A stretch of DNA of 64,000 nt from an uncultured Thermomicrobiales bacterium (GCA_902806405.1 CADCWL010000011.1:16464-80463); one strand, 5' to 3'. Positions 26,956 through 36,888 are shown, counted from the stretch's first letter. The notes: generated by a model from the letters alone, not told the origin. Program-made: numbers and translations.

Positions 26956-27897
26956 ATGAATAGGGGGGACCGTGCGGTGACCGTCGGAACTGCGTCGCTT
27001 CCAGGAGTCGGTGACCACTCGCCGAGTGGGGTGCTGGGGAGACGCCTCCGCCACGCCGTGGGCAGAACCTTCACCTACGCCGTGCTGCTCGCCTGGGCAT
27101 TCGTCTGTCTCTTTCCCATCTACTGGACCTTCACCACCTCGCTTAAGGACCAGGCGGGGGTCCTCCAAGGCTCGACCTACGTCCCCGGCGTTGACTTCTC
27201 GCCGAGCCGGATCGGCTGGGACTCGATCCTCGGGAGCGAAGACCAACGCGCCACCTTGATCCGAAACACCCGCAACAGCCTCTTGATTGCGATCGCCTCG
27301 GCCTCGGTCGCGGTCGTCCTGGGCGCGATGGCCGGTTACGGCCTCGCTCGTTTCCCGTACCGGTTCGGGCCTTGGCGGAACCGCGACATCTCGTTCTGGT
27401 TTCTGTCTCAGCTGATCCTGCCGCCCGCGGCGGTCGTGATGCCAATCCTGATCCTCTACGGATGGCTCGATCTGCTCGACACCCAGGTCGGTTTGATCAT
27501 CCTCTACACGGTCGTCAGCTTGCCGATCGTCATCTGGATCATGCGCGATCAGTTCAACTCGATCCCCGTTGAACTCGAGCAGGCCGCCCTCGTCGACGGG
27601 GCAACCCTGTTCGGTGCGTTCGTCCGGATCGTGATCCCGATCGCTGCCCCCGGCCTGGTCGCGGCCTTCATCCTGTCGGTCATCTTTTCCTGGAACGAGT
27701 ACTTCTTCGCGGCGGTCCTGAGTGCGACGCGCGCCGTCACGCTTCCACTCCTTGTCGCCACTCAGGTCAGCTCGCAGGGCATCCGCTGGTGGGCAATGGC
27801 GGCCGTCGCCTCCGCCTCGATCCTTCCCCTTACCATCGTCGGCATCTTGCTCGAGCGGTACATCGTCAAGGGTCTGACGGCGGGCGCCGTCAAGTAG
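26956..27897 (+). CDS. Carbohydrate ABC transporter permease (MalG/UgpE-like)
   Basis: EAA-loop EQAALVDGATLFGAFVRIVIP. I trimmed the start to ATG 26956. The upstream 300 codons of the tracked ORF are an alternative frame of the preceding permease gene. Confidence 0.8.
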   Translation: MNRGDRAVTVGTASLPGVGDHSPSGVLGRRLRHAVGRTFTYAVLLAWAFVCLFPIYWTFTTSLKDQAGVLQGSTYVPGVDFSPSRIGWDSILGSEDQRATLIRNTRNSLLIAIASASVAVVLGAMAGYGLARFPYRFGPWRNRDISFWFLSQLILPPAAVVMPILILYGWLDLLDTQVGLIILYTVVSLPIVIWIMRDQFNSIPVELEQAALVDGATLFGAFVRIVIPIAAPGLVAAFILSVIFSWNEYFFAAVLSATRAVTLPLLVATQVSSQGIRWWAMAAVASASILPLTIVGILLERYIVKGLTAGAVK

Positions 27898-28039
27898 GCG
27901 TGGCCCCGGAGGTTCATCCGGTGACCCTTGGTCCGCCCCGTTGGCAATCGCCTTGCGTGCCGATCCCCCGACAGCCTCCCGGCAACACCGCACAGAGCGC
28001 GGTCGGCTTCACCACGAGGGAGACGGGGAGACCACGGCT

Positions 28040-28738
28040 ATGTCCCTGCCAAGACCCAGGAACGATCGGGCCGCCGGATCGGGGAGCGGCATCGATCTCG
28101 TCCAGGCGGAGCGTTGGGGCGCCTTCCTGGCAGGCGGTTCCCTGACGCTCTTTGGGCTCACCCGGCGCTCCTTGCCCGGCCTCGGCTTGGCCGCGGCGGG
28201 CGGCGGCCTGATCGCGCGGGCGCTCCTCCGGACAAGCGGGACGGCGCCTGCCTCCGGCACCGGTGTCGCGGTCGCGCGATCGGTCACCGTGAATCGGCCG
28301 ATCGCAGAGCTGTACGCATACTGGCGCGATTTACGGAACCTGCCGCGGATCATGGACCACCTCGAATCGGTCACCCTCGACGACGACCGGCGATCCCATT
28401 GGGTAGCCAAGGCGCCGCTCGGAACCAAGGTCGAATGGGACGCGGAGATTGCCGAGGACCGGACCAACGAGCTGATCTCGTGGCGGTCGATCGCCGGCGC
28501 CGAGATCCCCAATCGGGGATCGGTCCGATTCGATGCGGCGCCCGTGGGACGCGGGAGCGAGGTGACGGTAACGCTCGCCTACGACCCACCCGCCGGTGCG
28601 GTCGGCACGGCGGTCGCGAAGCTGCTCGGGGAAGAACCGGACCAGCAGGTGCGGGAGGATCTACGGCGCTTCAAGGCGGTGATGGAAGCCGGCGAAGCGC
28701 CGACGGTCGATGGCCAGCCATCGGGGCGCGAAGACTAA
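28040..28738 (+). CDS. SRPBCC (cyclase/dehydrase-like) domain protein with two N-terminal hydrophobic helices
   Basis: The pattern VNRPIAELYAYWRDLRNLPRIMDHLESV...WVAKAPLGTKVEWDAEI is typical of the polyketide-cyclase/SRPBCC fold. ATG 28040 follows GGGGAG. Confidence 0.7.
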   Translation: MSLPRPRNDRAAGSGSGIDLVQAERWGAFLAGGSLTLFGLTRRSLPGLGLAAAGGGLIARALLRTSGTAPASGTGVAVARSVTVNRPIAELYAYWRDLRNLPRIMDHLESVTLDDDRRSHWVAKAPLGTKVEWDAEIAEDRTNELISWRSIAGAEIPNRGSVRFDAAPVGRGSEVTVTLAYDPPAGAVGTAVAKLLGEEPDQQVREDLRRFKAVMEAGEAPTVDGQPSGRED

Positions 28739-28752
28739 GGAGGGCCAAGCGG

Positions 28753-29040
28753 ATGGGCGACGATCAGGGCACGGAAGACCAACGAGGACTCGGCAAGGTG
28801 GTCTATAGCGCCGAGCCGGCCGAGGTGCGGGCCGAACGGGAGGACCTGACCGGGCCGACCGATATCATCGAAGAGGCGTCGGAGGAGTCCTTTCCGGCGA
28901 GCGATCCGCCAGGTTACGCGACCGGCAATGCCGAGAACGTGGCGGTCGATGTCGGCTCTCAGGCCGACTCCGAGCACCCTCCGTCGAGCCAGGCGGTGGC
29001 GGCGATGGCCGATGGCGACCGACCGGAGCGCGCGCGATGA
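28753..29040 (+). CDS. Small acidic protein with SFPASDPP motif (95 aa), function unknown
   Basis: ATG 28753 lies 8 nt after AGGAGGG. The stop overlaps the next start (ATGA at 29037). The motif [10 protein letters not shown] is present. Confidence 0.55.
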   Translation: MGDDQGTEDQRGLGKVVYSAEPAEVRAEREDLTGPTDIIEEASEESFPASDPPGYATGNAENVAVDVGSQADSEHPPSSQAVAAMADGDRPERAR

Positions 29041-30209
29041 AGGCGGTCTGCTGGCGGGGGCCGAACAACGTCCAGGTCGAGACGGTGCCCGACCCCCAGA
29101 TCCTGAACCCGCGCGACGCGGTCGTTAAGATCACCTCGACGGCGATTTGTGGTTCGGACCTTCACCTCTACGACGGATATATCCCGGCGTTGCGCGGCGG
29201 CGACATCCTCGGCCATGAGTTCATGGGAGAGATCGTCGAGACGGGCGCGGAGGTGAAGAATCTCGCCGTGGGCGACCGCGTCGTCGTCCCCTTTACGATC
29301 GCCTGCGGGCGTTGCTTCTTTTGCGAACGTCAGCTCTGGTCCCTGTGCGACAACTCGAACCCGCACGCGGCCGCCGCGGAGAAGCTCTACGGCTTCTCCG
29401 GCTCGGGCCTCTTCGGCTACTCGCAGATCTACGGCGGCTACGCCGGCGGGCAGGCGGAATACGCACGCGTCCCGTTCGCCGACGTGGGCCCGACCAAAGT
29501 GCCTCACGGCCTGACCGATGAGCAGGTGCTCTTCCTCACCGACGTCTTCCCGACCGGCTACATGGCGGTCGAGAGCGCCGGCATCCAACCGGGCGACACC
29601 GTCGCGGTCTGGGGGTGTGGCGCGGTCGGCCTCTTCGCGATCGTCAGCGCGTATCTCCTCGGCGCGGAGCGGGTGATCGCGATCGACCGCGTCCCGGAGC
29701 GGCTGGCGATGGCGCGCGATCGGGCCAAGGCCGAGACGATCGACTACGAGGAGACCGACGACGTCGTCGAGGCGCTGAAGCAGATGACCGGCGGGCGTGG
29801 CCCCGACGTCTGCGTCGATGCGGTCGGCCTGGAAGCGCACGGCACGAGCTTCACCGCGAAGCTCGACCGCGTCAAACACGCCGCCCGCCTCACCACCGAC
29901 CGTCCCTACGCGCTGCGCGAGGCGATCCAGGCTTGCCGCAAAGGTGGCGTCGTCTCCATTCCGGGTGTCTACGGCGGCTTTCTCGACAAGATACCCTTCG
30001 GCGCGGCGTTCGCGAAAGGGTTGACCTTCAAGATGGGCCAGACCCACGTCCATCGCTACATTGGCCCCCTCATGGAGCGCGTTCAAGCGGCGGAAGTCGA
30101 TCCGTCCTTCGTCATCACCCACTCCGTCCCGCTCGATAAGGCGCCCGAGATGTACCGGACCTTCCGCGAGAAGGAGGACGGCTGCATCAAGGTCGTGCTG
30201 AAGCCGTGA
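29037..30209 (+). CDS. Zinc-dependent alcohol dehydrogenase family (glutathione-independent formaldehyde dehydrogenase-like)
   Basis: Motifs CGSDLH and [12 protein letters not shown], a structural-zinc Cys cluster [15 protein letters not shown], and a GxGxxG (VWGCGAVG). Confidence 0.85.
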   Translation: MKAVCWRGPNNVQVETVPDPQILNPRDAVVKITSTAICGSDLHLYDGYIPALRGGDILGHEFMGEIVETGAEVKNLAVGDRVVVPFTIACGRCFFCERQLWSLCDNSNPHAAAAEKLYGFSGSGLFGYSQIYGGYAGGQAEYARVPFADVGPTKVPHGLTDEQVLFLTDVFPTGYMAVESAGIQPGDTVAVWGCGAVGLFAIVSAYLLGAERVIAIDRVPERLAMARDRAKAETIDYEETDDVVEALKQMTGGRGPDVCVDAVGLEAHGTSFTAKLDRVKHAARLTTDRPYALREAIQACRKGGVVSIPGVYGGFLDKIPFGAAFAKGLTFKMGQTHVHRYIGPLMERVQAAEVDPSFVITHSVPLDKAPEMYRTFREKEDGCIKVVLKP

Positions 30210-30244
30210 CGACCGGCCCGCCAGCCGGAACAAGGGGGCGGTGG

Positions 30245-32044
30245 TTAGCGCGTCTCCGTCGCGACCCGCCAGAGCTTGCGGGTGTCGGCCGTCTGCCACG
30301 TCTTGTTGGGCTGGAAGCCTCGGAGATCGGGGGCCGCGAGCACAAGTTGGCGCGGAAAACCGAACCAGAGCGCGAACAGGTCATCGTCCGTCTCCCGTTG
30401 CAGGTCCCTCAGGAGCGACCGCTGGCGCTCGATGTCGGTAGCGACGAGTATGTCGTCGATCAGCCGATCGGCCGTCTCGTTGGCATAGCCGCCGGGGTTG
30501 AAGCCCTGTGGGTTGGCGCGGATGTCCCACGACGATCCATAAAGGTCGAAATCGGTAAAGCCGGGATAGAGGTCGAACGCGAAGGCGATCAGGTCGAAGT
30601 CTCGGCTCTCCAGCCAACGGTCGGCGAACTCCTCGGGTCCCAGCGACTGCACCGACAGCTCGATGCCGACCTCGGCCAGGTCCCTGCGGACGCTGCGGAG
30701 CACGTCCACCAACTCGGGGCGGGCGTCGTCGCGGAGGATGACGGAGATCGCGAACCGTTGGCCCAGGACGTCGTCGAGGACTCCGTCCCCGTCGACGTCC
30801 TCCCACCCGGCTCCAGCCAGCAGGTCCCGTGCCCCCTTCAGGTCCTGACGAGGGATCGTCAGCTCCGGGTCATTCGCCCACGGCTGCGCCACCGTCCCGG
30901 CGGCGCGCTGGCGTATGAACCCGTCGAACACGTCGTCCGCGTACCGGTCGCGGTCGATCGCCAACGAGAGGGCGCGGCGGACGTTGACGTCGGCGAACAG
31001 ACCTGGCACGGGCCGGGCCGGATTGACGAAGTTGAACGCGGCAAACATGACCGACGCCGTGTCGGCAACGTAGACGCGCGCAGGCTCGTCGTCGACACGC
31101 TGGAGGTCTTCCGCCGAAAGCGGCCAGACGAGGTCCGCCTCTCCCGCCCGCCAAGCCTCGACCCGCTCGTCCGCGTTCTCTTCCCAGGCGACGAAGAACC
31201 GTTCGAACGCGGGCGGGCCCGCCCAGTAGCGGTCGTGCCGATCGAAGGCGACCTGGCGCTCGTCCCACTCCGCGATGCGCCACGGTCCCGTCCCGACGGG
31301 CAATGCCGACGCCCAGTCGAACCCCGTCAGCGTCCGTTGACCGACCGGTCGCGACTCCCAGTACTCCGCGTACTGGGCGCGCTGAAAAACCGGCTGGGTG
31401 GATGCCCCGAAGAGCCAGCTGCCGTCCGGATCGGCCAGCGTCACGCGGAGCGTTCGGGCGTCGAGCGCCTCTGCCTCCTGCATCGACGTGAACTGATTCC
31501 GGACCGCGCTGTCGACATCGTCCCGATACGCGAAGAACGAGAAGACGACGTCGGCCGCGGAGAGCGGGGTACCGTCGTGGAAGAGTACGTCGGGCCGAAG
31601 CGTGTAGGTCACGACTCGATCCCGCTCGCTCCAGGCCCATCGCTCGGCGAGCCACGGCAGCGGCTCCATCGACACCTCGTCGGGCCGCAGCAGGGGATCG
31701 AGGTAGCTGACAGGGATCTGGTAATCCTGACGCAGCGACACCGGACTGAAATCGTCGCGGACGGCCGGCGGCCGAAGCAGTCGGAGGTCGCCACCCCGGA
31801 CGGGAGGCCCGGGATCGGTCGGCCGCTGGTCACGGATAAGAAGGAAGCCTGGCTTGGCTGCGGGGGTGCCCTCCGGGCTCGCCCGGAACAGGATTGGCGG
31901 TGTTCCCTGTGCTTCCCGTCCTCCGACATGGGGAGATGACCGGGTGGCCGCCGCGAGCGGAACGACGACGCCGCCACCGATGAGCGCGCGGCGCGAGAAA
32001 CGGAATCGCCCCTCCCCATCGCGCTTCGAATCACCTCCGGACAT
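30245..32044 (-). CDS. ABC transporter substrate-binding protein, family 5 (peptide/nickel/oligosaccharide type)
   Basis: Tat-like signal FSRRALIGGGVV and the family-5 core TYTLRPDVLFHDGTPLSAADVVFSF. ATG 32044 lies 6 nt after GGAGG. No cognate permease or ATPase genes are adjacent. Confidence 0.8.
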   Translation of the reverse strand: MSGGDSKRDGEGRFRFSRRALIGGGVVVPLAAATRSSPHVGGREAQGTPPILFRASPEGTPAAKPGFLLIRDQRPTDPGPPVRGGDLRLLRPPAVRDDFSPVSLRQDYQIPVSYLDPLLRPDEVSMEPLPWLAERWAWSERDRVVTYTLRPDVLFHDGTPLSAADVVFSFFAYRDDVDSAVRNQFTSMQEAEALDARTLRVTLADPDGSWLFGASTQPVFQRAQYAEYWESRPVGQRTLTGFDWASALPVGTGPWRIAEWDERQVAFDRHDRYWAGPPAFERFFVAWEENADERVEAWRAGEADLVWPLSAEDLQRVDDEPARVYVADTASVMFAAFNFVNPARPVPGLFADVNVRRALSLAIDRDRYADDVFDGFIRQRAAGTVAQPWANDPELTIPRQDLKGARDLLAGAGWEDVDGDGVLDDVLGQRFAISVILRDDARPELVDVLRSVRRDLAEVGIELSVQSLGPEEFADRWLESRDFDLIAFAFDLYPGFTDFDLYGSSWDIRANPQGFNPGGYANETADRLIDDILVATDIERQRSLLRDLQRETDDDLFALWFGFPRQLVLAAPDLRGFQPNKTWQTADTRKLWRVATETR

Positions 32045-32885
32045 CGTCTGCCTCCACCCCACGCTTCCGCTTTTCCTCCGCCCCTAACGCTCGCCGGGGC
32101 CGATCGTTCACCGATGCCAGGAGTGGTACGACATCGGCTATCGTGGCGACCACGCGATCGGGTGGTGGACCTCCCGGCCATCCTCTGCCCAACGTGTCGA
32201 CCCAGATTGGGCGGATACCCGCCCCCCGTGCGCCAGCCACGTCGTGCTCGGCGGAATCGCCGACGAAGACGGCGTCGGCCGCCTCCGTCCCCCCGCGTCG
32301 TAGGGCCTCGGCGAAGATGCGAGGGTCGGGCTTCCATACCCCCTCCTCGCCGGAAACGACGCAGAAATCGACGAGATCGTCGAGGCCGAGCAGCTCGATC
32401 TTGGCACGCTGGATCTCGGCCGGGCCATTCGTGATCACGCCGAGGCCGCGCGGAAGCATGGCACCTCCCGTTGTCCGGTAGTGCCGAACCGCGGCCAACG
32501 TCTCAAGGGCGGCGGGGTGCAGGCGCAAGGCGTGGAAGCGGTGGCGCCGGTACCACGCCATGGCATCCTGCGCTCGCTCCGGATCGAGGATGCCGTGACG
32601 GCGGAACAGCTCGGGGAAATGGTCGGACCCGTGGGGATCGGACGCGATGGAGTCGGCCACCATGGCGTCCAGCCGACCGTCCATCTCCTCCCATCGACCG
32701 GTGCCGCCGAACGCCTGCCGGAGTCGGGCATCGCGGGCGGATGCGTAGTCGCACAGCGTGTCGTCCAGGTCAAAGAGGACGAGCGTCGGTGGAGGATCGA
32801 GCGGCGAACGATCGAACGGCGGCGCGTTCGTCGATGTCTCGTCGAATCCACGAGACGGCGGAGGAAACGACGCGCCGCTCGCCAT
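32031..32885 (-). CDS. HAD-superfamily hydrolase (subfamily IA-like)
   Basis: Motif I LFDLDDTL, motif III K (VWKPDP), motif IV VGDSAEHDV. ATG 32885 overlaps the upstream stop (ATGA). The 3' end overlaps the next gene by 14 nt. Confidence 0.8.
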   Translation of the reverse strand: MASGASFPPPSRGFDETSTNAPPFDRSPLDPPPTLVLFDLDDTLCDYASARDARLRQAFGGTGRWEEMDGRLDAMVADSIASDPHGSDHFPELFRRHGILDPERAQDAMAWYRRHRFHALRLHPAALETLAAVRHYRTTGGAMLPRGLGVITNGPAEIQRAKIELLGLDDLVDFCVVSGEEGVWKPDPRIFAEALRRGGTEAADAVFVGDSAEHDVAGARGAGIRPIWVDTLGRGWPGGPPPDRVVATIADVVPLLASVNDRPRRALGAEEKRKRGVEADDVRR

Positions 32886-35143
32886 CACGCCGGGCTCCCC
32901 TCCGCCTCGTCCCGATCCCGCATCCGTTGCGCGACCAGCTCCGCCAGGTGGCGGACCCGCAGGGGGCGACGGGCCGCGTCGCACCCGCCGCGGAGGTGGA
33001 GGATGCACCCCTGATTGTCGGTCACGAGGACGGGAGCGCCCGTCGCTTCGGCGTCGTCGAGCTTGCGGTCCAGCAACCGCTCCGCCACCTCCGGATACTC
33101 GAAGGAGAAGGAGCCGCCGAAACCGCAGCAGAGCGAGGACTCCGAGAGTTCCCGCACCTCTTGCCCGAGAACGTCTCGGAGGAGACGCCGTGGTTCCTCC
33201 CGCAGACCGAGGGCGTTCAGCCCCTGGCAGGAATCGTGGTATGCCACGGCCTCCCCGGGCTCGCCTGCCAGCACGCCGGATTCCAGATCGGCAACGTCTG
33301 TCAGAAACGAGGTGAAATCGCGAACCCGCGCCGCCAAAGTCTCCGCTCGCGAACGCCAGGCGGGCTCGTCCCGGAAGAGATGGGCGTAATCCTGGGTCAG
33401 CGTCGCGACGCAACTCGCGCTGCCAGAGACCACAAGGTCCGCCTCCGCCCGCGACAGGGCGGTTATCGTCCGCCGCGCCATCCACCGCGCGTGGCGCTCG
33501 TCCCCAGAATTGACGGCGGGGAGTCCGCAGCAGTGCAGGGCCGGGGGCGTCACGACCCGCACCCCCAGCCCGCGGAGGACGAAGCGGATTGCCTCACCCT
33601 GCTCCGGGTAAAGTCGCTCCGTCATGCAACCGGGGAAGAGGGCGACCGACATTCCGGCCGCCTTGTTCGGCACGATCGGTCGTTCCGCAGCCGTGCCGGC
33701 TTCCTGCCGGACCCGATCCCGCAGGGGCCGCCGGGCCACCGCGGGAAGGGACCGCCACCGCGTCTGCCGGCGCAGAATCGGCAGTCGGCGCGCCCGCACG
33801 AACGCGCCGCCGCGGGTCAGCGGCATCTGCGCCTGACGGGCGATTCGGAACAGGAGGTCGGCGGTCCGGGGCCGCGCGTAAGCGCCGAGGCCGATCCGCT
33901 TCGCAACCGGCAGCCCCTTCTGTTCGACCACCATGCTCCGGACGTCCAGAATTTGGCGCGGCAGTGGGATCCCGACCGGGCAGACCGTCTCGCACGCGTT
34001 GCAGGACAAGCAGAGGCTTTGCGGACCGGCGGCGGCATCCAGGCCGTGGTGGAACGGGGTCACGACGAGACCGATCGCGCCGGTGTAGACGTGGCCGAAG
34101 ACGTGGCCGCCCACCTCCCGGTAAGGGGGACAGACGTTTGCGCAGGCCGCGCACCGGATACAGTGGAGCGCCTCGCTGAACTCCGGACGCGCGGCCATCG
34201 CCCGCCGCCCGTTATCGACGAGGACGATGTGCATCTCGTGCCCGCTCGTCGGGCCCGTGATGAAGGTCGAGTAGGAGGTGAGCCGCTGGGCGGTGCCACT
34301 CCGCGCCAGGAGCCGGAGCTGGGTCACGGCGTCCTCGAAGGTGGGAACCAATTTCTCGATTCCGGCCAGCACGACGTGAAGCGGCGGCAGGGACGAGCAG
34401 AGACGACCGTTCCCCTCGTTGGTAACCATCATCACCGTGCCGCTCTCGGCGATCAGGGCGTTCGCGCCCGTCACCCCCATCCCGGCGGCGAAGAAGACCT
34501 TGCGCAGCTCGTCCCGTGCGACCCGCACCTGCTCGCCGATGTCCTCCCGCGAGACGGGCCGGCCGAGCGCCTCCTCGAACACCTCCCCGACCTCCTGCCG
34601 GGCGAGGTGCACGGCAGGCATTACCATGTGGCTCGGACGTTCGGCTCGAAGTTGGACGATCCACTCCCCGAGGTCGGTCTCGACGGTCTCCACACCGGCG
34701 CTCGCCAACTCGTGGTTGAGGTCAATCTCCTCGGTGACCATCGACTTCGATTTGGCAACCACCTCGACCCCGCGCTCCCGCGCCAGGCGACCGACGATGG
34801 CGATTGCCTCCGCCGCGTCGCGGGCGAGATGGACGGTTGCGCCCGCTGCTTCGGCCGCCGTCCGGAAGCGGCGGAGGTGACCGTCGAGGTCGGCGACGAC
34901 GCCGGATTTGACCTCCTTCAACCGGGTCCGCAGGTCGTCGAACTCGATCTCGGAGACCGCCACGGCGCGCGCCTCGCGCCACGCCCGCTGGAACGTCGTG
35001 AGGTTCCGGGAGAGGCGGGGATTGGCGAGCGCTAGCGCGTAGCGCTCCCGGAAGGGGCGGGGGACGTGGCCGTGACCCGACTCGGGATGTTCAGTCAGCG
35101 CCGCGGCCGACGCGGCAGCGGCGGGTATTTCGGTACTCTTCAA
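32885..35143 (-). CDS. Fused LutB-like (LUD domain + 2x[4Fe-4S]) and LutA-like (CCG-domain Fe-S oxidoreductase) protein
   Basis: Two ferredoxin motifs, CIRCAACANVCP and CLSCNACETVCP, are followed in the same frame by a LutA/GlcF-type half (MSVALFPGCMTE..., HCCGLP, LCCGFGGSF). The start is uncertain; TTG 35143 is the best candidate, and homology begins near FRERYALAL. Confidence 0.75.
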   Translation of the reverse strand: MKSTEIPAAAASAAALTEHPESGHGHVPRPFRERYALALANPRLSRNLTTFQRAWREARAVAVSEIEFDDLRTRLKEVKSGVVADLDGHLRRFRTAAEAAGATVHLARDAAEAIAIVGRLARERGVEVVAKSKSMVTEEIDLNHELASAGVETVETDLGEWIVQLRAERPSHMVMPAVHLARQEVGEVFEEALGRPVSREDIGEQVRVARDELRKVFFAAGMGVTGANALIAESGTVMMVTNEGNGRLCSSLPPLHVVLAGIEKLVPTFEDAVTQLRLLARSGTAQRLTSYSTFITGPTSGHEMHIVLVDNGRRAMAARPEFSEALHCIRCAACANVCPPYREVGGHVFGHVYTGAIGLVVTPFHHGLDAAAGPQSLCLSCNACETVCPVGIPLPRQILDVRSMVVEQKGLPVAKRIGLGAYARPRTADLLFRIARQAQMPLTRGGAFVRARRLPILRRQTRWRSLPAVARRPLRDRVRQEAGTAAERPIVPNKAAGMSVALFPGCMTERLYPEQGEAIRFVLRGLGVRVVTPPALHCCGLPAVNSGDERHARWMARRTITALSRAEADLVVSGSASCVATLTQDYAHLFRDEPAWRSRAETLAARVRDFTSFLTDVADLESGVLAGEPGEAVAYHDSCQGLNALGLREEPRRLLRDVLGQEVRELSESSLCCGFGGSFSFEYPEVAERLLDRKLDDAEATGAPVLVTDNQGCILHLRGGCDAARRPLRVRHLAELVAQRMRDRDEAEGSPA

Positions 35144-35257
35144 GACCTCGCGGTCCTTTCTCTGCGCCGACCGGCAACACAAGGCCCGGTGCCCCCGGTA
35201 CCCCGGCGGCACCAGGAGCGGCCGATCGCGGCCGCCCCGCTGAACGAGAGGATGGGC

Positions 35258-35291
35258 GCCTCGGCCGGGGAAGTAGCACTTCCCCCGAGGC
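35258..35291 (-). other. Stem-loop between the NTF2-like gene and the lutBA-like gene
   Basis: GGGGAAGT-agc-ACTTCCCC is extended by GCCTCG/CGAGGC with a 3-nt bulge. No T-run follows, so a terminator role is unproven. Confidence 0.35.
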
Positions 35292-35318
35292 GGCCAGCGA
35301 AGTCGCCGCCCGGCGTCG

Positions 35319-35744
35319 CTACGCCGGGCCGCCTTCCTCCCAAAACAGACGCCGAAACTCCGTGCTGTCGTAATAGCCGACGATGCTGACGATCCTGCTC
35401 TCGGCCGAGCGGAAGATCGCGATCTGCTCCGAGATGAGCTCCCGGCCGAGATTCGCCGCGTACTCGCGGACGGTGAACTGCACCGCCGCTCGTTCGGCAT
35501 CGGCGATCACGTCGGTCACTTCCCACCGTGCGGTCGGGTAGGAGGAGACAACCGTCCCGAAGTAGGCAACGATCTCGTCCGCGGGCCGGACCACCTCCGC
35601 GTGCGGCAGGGCCCGAAATGTGGCGTGGTTCGCCAGGGTGGCCCGCAGCCGGCGTGGATCACGCGCGTCAAGGGCCGCGAAGAATTCCCGTCCCAGCTCT
35701 TCGACGGCCGAGGAGGACGACAGGGACCTCGGGATGTCGCTCAT
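35319..35744 (-). CDS. NTF2/SnoaL-like fold protein (141 aa)
   Basis: ATG 35744 overlaps the upstream stop (ATGA). Size and pattern (FFAALDARDPRRLRATL...ARWEVTDVIADAERAAVQF) fit the SnoaL-like family. The assignment is by pattern only. Confidence 0.55.
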   Translation of the reverse strand: MSDIPRSLSSSSAVEELGREFFAALDARDPRRLRATLANHATFRALPHAEVVRPADEIVAYFGTVVSSYPTARWEVTDVIADAERAAVQFTVREYAANLGRELISEQIAIFRSAESRIVSIVGYYDSTEFRRLFWEEGGPA

Positions 35745-36370
35745 CGGGTCCGGGTCGGCACGAGCGACAGGAGCTCGTCCACCGGCCCCGTGGAGACCGT
35801 CGCGATCCCCGTTCGCGCGCCGCTCCGCGTCAACGCCCGGTCCATCGCCGACAGCGTGAGCCGATCGTGGGCCACCAGGTGCTCGCCGAGCGCGCGAAGC
35901 GTCCAGTCGTGCTCCCGCCGGCTGATCCCCCGCCGCTGCCAAGCGGCATCGGGCAGACTCCGGAGCAACGAGCAGGTGCTTTGCCGCAGCCGCCGAAAGT
36001 CCGCCATGATCTCGATCACGGTCGCCGCGCCGTCTTGACGCAGCTCCTCCTCGCTGGCAAGGCGCGGAGGCAACAGATCGAGGTCGGGCTCGGTGCTGGT
36101 GGCGATCACGTGCATCCGCTGAAAAAACTTCCGCTCCTCGTCGCGGAGCCGGATCATCAGCTCCTTGACCGACGCCTCCTCCCGCTGGGGCGAGCGGTCA
36201 AGCCGGCTCTGGTCGTGGATCGGTGACAACCACCGCGAGAGATGATTCACGGTGAAATGCAGGCGAAGGATGAGGGTATCGTTGTCAAGATCGGCCACGG
36301 GGATGGAGCCGGACGGCGAGCCGCCGCGCGAGCCCCTCGGTACCGCAACGGATCGATGTCCAGGCTCCAT
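35741..36370 (-). CDS. DinB-superfamily (DinB_2-like) protein
   Basis: ATG 36370 lies 9 nt after AGAGGGAG. The C-terminal WQRRGISRREHDWTLRALGEHLVAHD resembles the His-rich helix pattern of DinB_2. Confidence 0.55.
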   Translation of the reverse strand: MEPGHRSVAVPRGSRGGSPSGSIPVADLDNDTLILRLHFTVNHLSRWLSPIHDQSRLDRSPQREEASVKELMIRLRDEERKFFQRMHVIATSTEPDLDLLPPRLASEEELRQDGAATVIEIMADFRRLRQSTCSLLRSLPDAAWQRRGISRREHDWTLRALGEHLVAHDRLTLSAMDRALTRSGARTGIATVSTGPVDELLSLVPTRTR

Positions 36371-36405
36371 ACGACGGATGCTCCCTCTGGTTTGCTGACC
36401 GGAAA

Positions 36406-36888
36406 TCAGCCTGCGGCCGGTTCGACCGGCGCGTCGTCCACGATCACCGCAACCTCCCGCACCGAGGCGGCTCCCATGCTCCCGCCCGTCCCCGCCGGTG
36501 AGGCAAACCAGCAGCGGGCCACCGGGGGGGAGGAGGCCAAGCCGAAGATGAGCAGCAGCGAGTCGGGATAGTGGGCCTCACGAAGATCGGTCACCGATGG
36601 CGTGGGGGAAGTTCTCGGGTGGGAATGCACGATCGCGACAAGCTCCCAGTCGCGTGCCTCCATCTCCCGAAAGGCAGAGATCACTTCGACAGGGTCCATT
36701 GTATATCGCGTCGGCGATCGATCGAGATTCGTCCCGCGGAAGAAGCGCGTGGCCTGCCGCTCCCCACCGTTAGCCACCCCGGCGAGGAGCCCGACCCCCT
36801 CCGCCGGCTGGGCCTCGTTCAGGTGATCGACGATCTCACCGTACAGCGAGCGATCGATTCGGAGCAACGAGGGAGAGGGCCAGACCAC
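36406..36888 (-). CDS. JAMM/MPN+ family metalloprotease (Mov34/Mec+-like)
   Basis: Complete JAMM motif: an upstream Glu (QPAEGVGLL) and HSHPRTSPTPSVTD, which equals HxHx7Sx2D. GTG 36888 follows AGGAGGTG. Confidence 0.75.
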   Translation of the reverse strand: MVWPSPSLLRIDRSLYGEIVDHLNEAQPAEGVGLLAGVANGGERQATRFFRGTNLDRSPTRYTMDPVEVISAFREMEARDWELVAIVHSHPRTSPTPSVTDLREAHYPDSLLLIFGLASSPPVARCWFASPAGTGGSMGAASVREVAVIVDDAPVEPAAG

